Assembly: GCA_025201805.1 (NCBI GenBank)
Contig: MU619310.1
Location: 86,124-150,123 of the forward strand
Length of the DNA stretch: 64,000 nucleotides
Origin: Parasitella parasitica NRRL 2501
Taxonomy: Eukaryota; Fungi; Mucoromycota
Direction: 5' to 3'
Below the pieces are notes generated by a model, which saw only the letters and a program-made list of their open reading frames with translations, had not been told where the DNA came from and ran no database searches. A program made the position numbers and the translations under genes. Below, piece after piece: positions 62,952 to 64,000 of this stretch (its first letter is position 1; each line of letters opens with the position of its first letter).

Positions 62952-63425
62952 GGCAGAAATCGAGATACTTAAAGCAGGCAAACATTGGCGAGAACAGGGA
63001 GGGACATCTGCAGGTTATATCCAGCGTTCTGTGGCTATTCGAGATCACCAACAAAATATAAATGCCTTTCGGGACCCTGCTACTCAAGAAGTATTTACTG
63101 ATCAAGCATGCAAATGATTGACTCTTCCTTCTACACACAACTTTTCACACCAGATCCACTTGATTATGTTGCTTTAGAAGAACTCTTTTTATCCATTCCT
63201 TCTTCATTGAAGCTTACGCGTTATTATCGTGACCTATTACTTGGACCTATCGATTTTGAAGATATTTTAGAGGGTTGCAAATCGGCTCCTCGACAATCTA
63301 GTCCAGGTTCGGATGGCATTCCTTATGAGATTCTCAACTTGGTTGTTCGATTTCCACCCTATAAGGATTTAATTACTACTGTATTCAACGATGCTCTTAA
63401 TAGAGAGGCATATTTTCAGACTCCT
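62952..63425 (+). mobile_element. Non-LTR retrotransposon (L1/Tx1-like) ORF2 fragment, linker to RT start
   Basis: LKAGKHWREQGGTSAGYIQR, SFYTQLFTPD, SSPGSDGIPYE and VFNDAL, with frameshifts. Confidence 0.85.
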
Positions 63426-64000
63426 GTGACATGAGAGAAATGGTGTTTGTAGCATATTTCTTTTTATTTTTGAAGCTCAGTAGGATATTGACAGTTGATG
63501 TTTAATTTCTTTGATGTTATTATGGTCGAATTGGTGGAAAGGGTTCAAAATATGGAATGAAAGGCTCTCAATTTGGATTTCATCTATTTAACAATAGCAA
63601 TAACAACATATATATCTTTCTTACGACAAACTCAACAAGAATAATGTCAACAAAATCATCTCTTCAATCACATTCTTTTATTTTATTTTATTTTATTTTA
63701 TTTTAATTCCTTATCATATTCAAGCATCTGCCGCACAGATTGCAACATTTTCTAGTTAGTCATTTAGTATAAATATCTCTTTCAATTGCAAGATTCTAAT
63801 AAAGATGTAACATTCGATTCTTATATTTTTTTGCTTATTGGTTTCATTTGACAAGACAACATTTGGCGTTAAAATCCTGTGTTGCTTTATTATTTGTAAG
63901 TTACATCACCATGGCCAACTTGTGTGATAAAATCCTAACTACTGGTGATGCTTTAGCAACTAGGTGTCCAAAATAAGCACCAGTGATTAGATTTTACACA

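Noticed and set aside
61771-63138. 455-aa ORF as a single gene
   Set aside because: Its first 60 or so residues are the antisense of the LINE fragment fused by chance to the integrase frame.

Overview
Eukaryotic genomic DNA from a Mucorales-type fungus, inferred from short (about 50-80 nt) GT-AG introns, Mucorales-like gene families and the transposon content. The species cannot be determined. The layout has four parts. (1) 1-4.1 kb holds the 3' part of SEC23 and a GPI-anchored histidine-brace (Bim1/X325-like) copper protein. (2) 4.9-17.3 kb is a 12.4-kb nested transposon island with two Helitron helicase relics, a DIRS tyrosine-recombinase retroelement with visible terminal signals, two near-identical young DD34E Tc1/IS630 copies (one with an intact transposase), an old Tc1 relic, an intact intron-containing PD-(D/E)XK nuclease-like gene and a decayed intron-containing serine-resolvase-like gene. 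(3) 17.9-57.1 kb is gene-dense: ferric/cupric reductase, BAR-PH protein, MBOAT, GPI13, RPB5, GH18 chitinase, URC4, DHR1, ESF2, rhomboid, GH81, NDUFAF5, CYSTM, VTS1, CDC4-like and CK2-alpha. (4) 57.3-64 kb is gene-free and AT-rich, with nested solo LTRs, a chromovirus 3' half and an L1-like LINE fragment. The best leads are a probable head-to-head copper-acquisition pair (Bim1-like protein plus Met-motif reductase) split by the transposon island, and the nuclease-like and serine-recombinase-like genes inside the island, which may belong to an uncharacterised mobile element. All calls come from reading motifs by eye; no database search was run.
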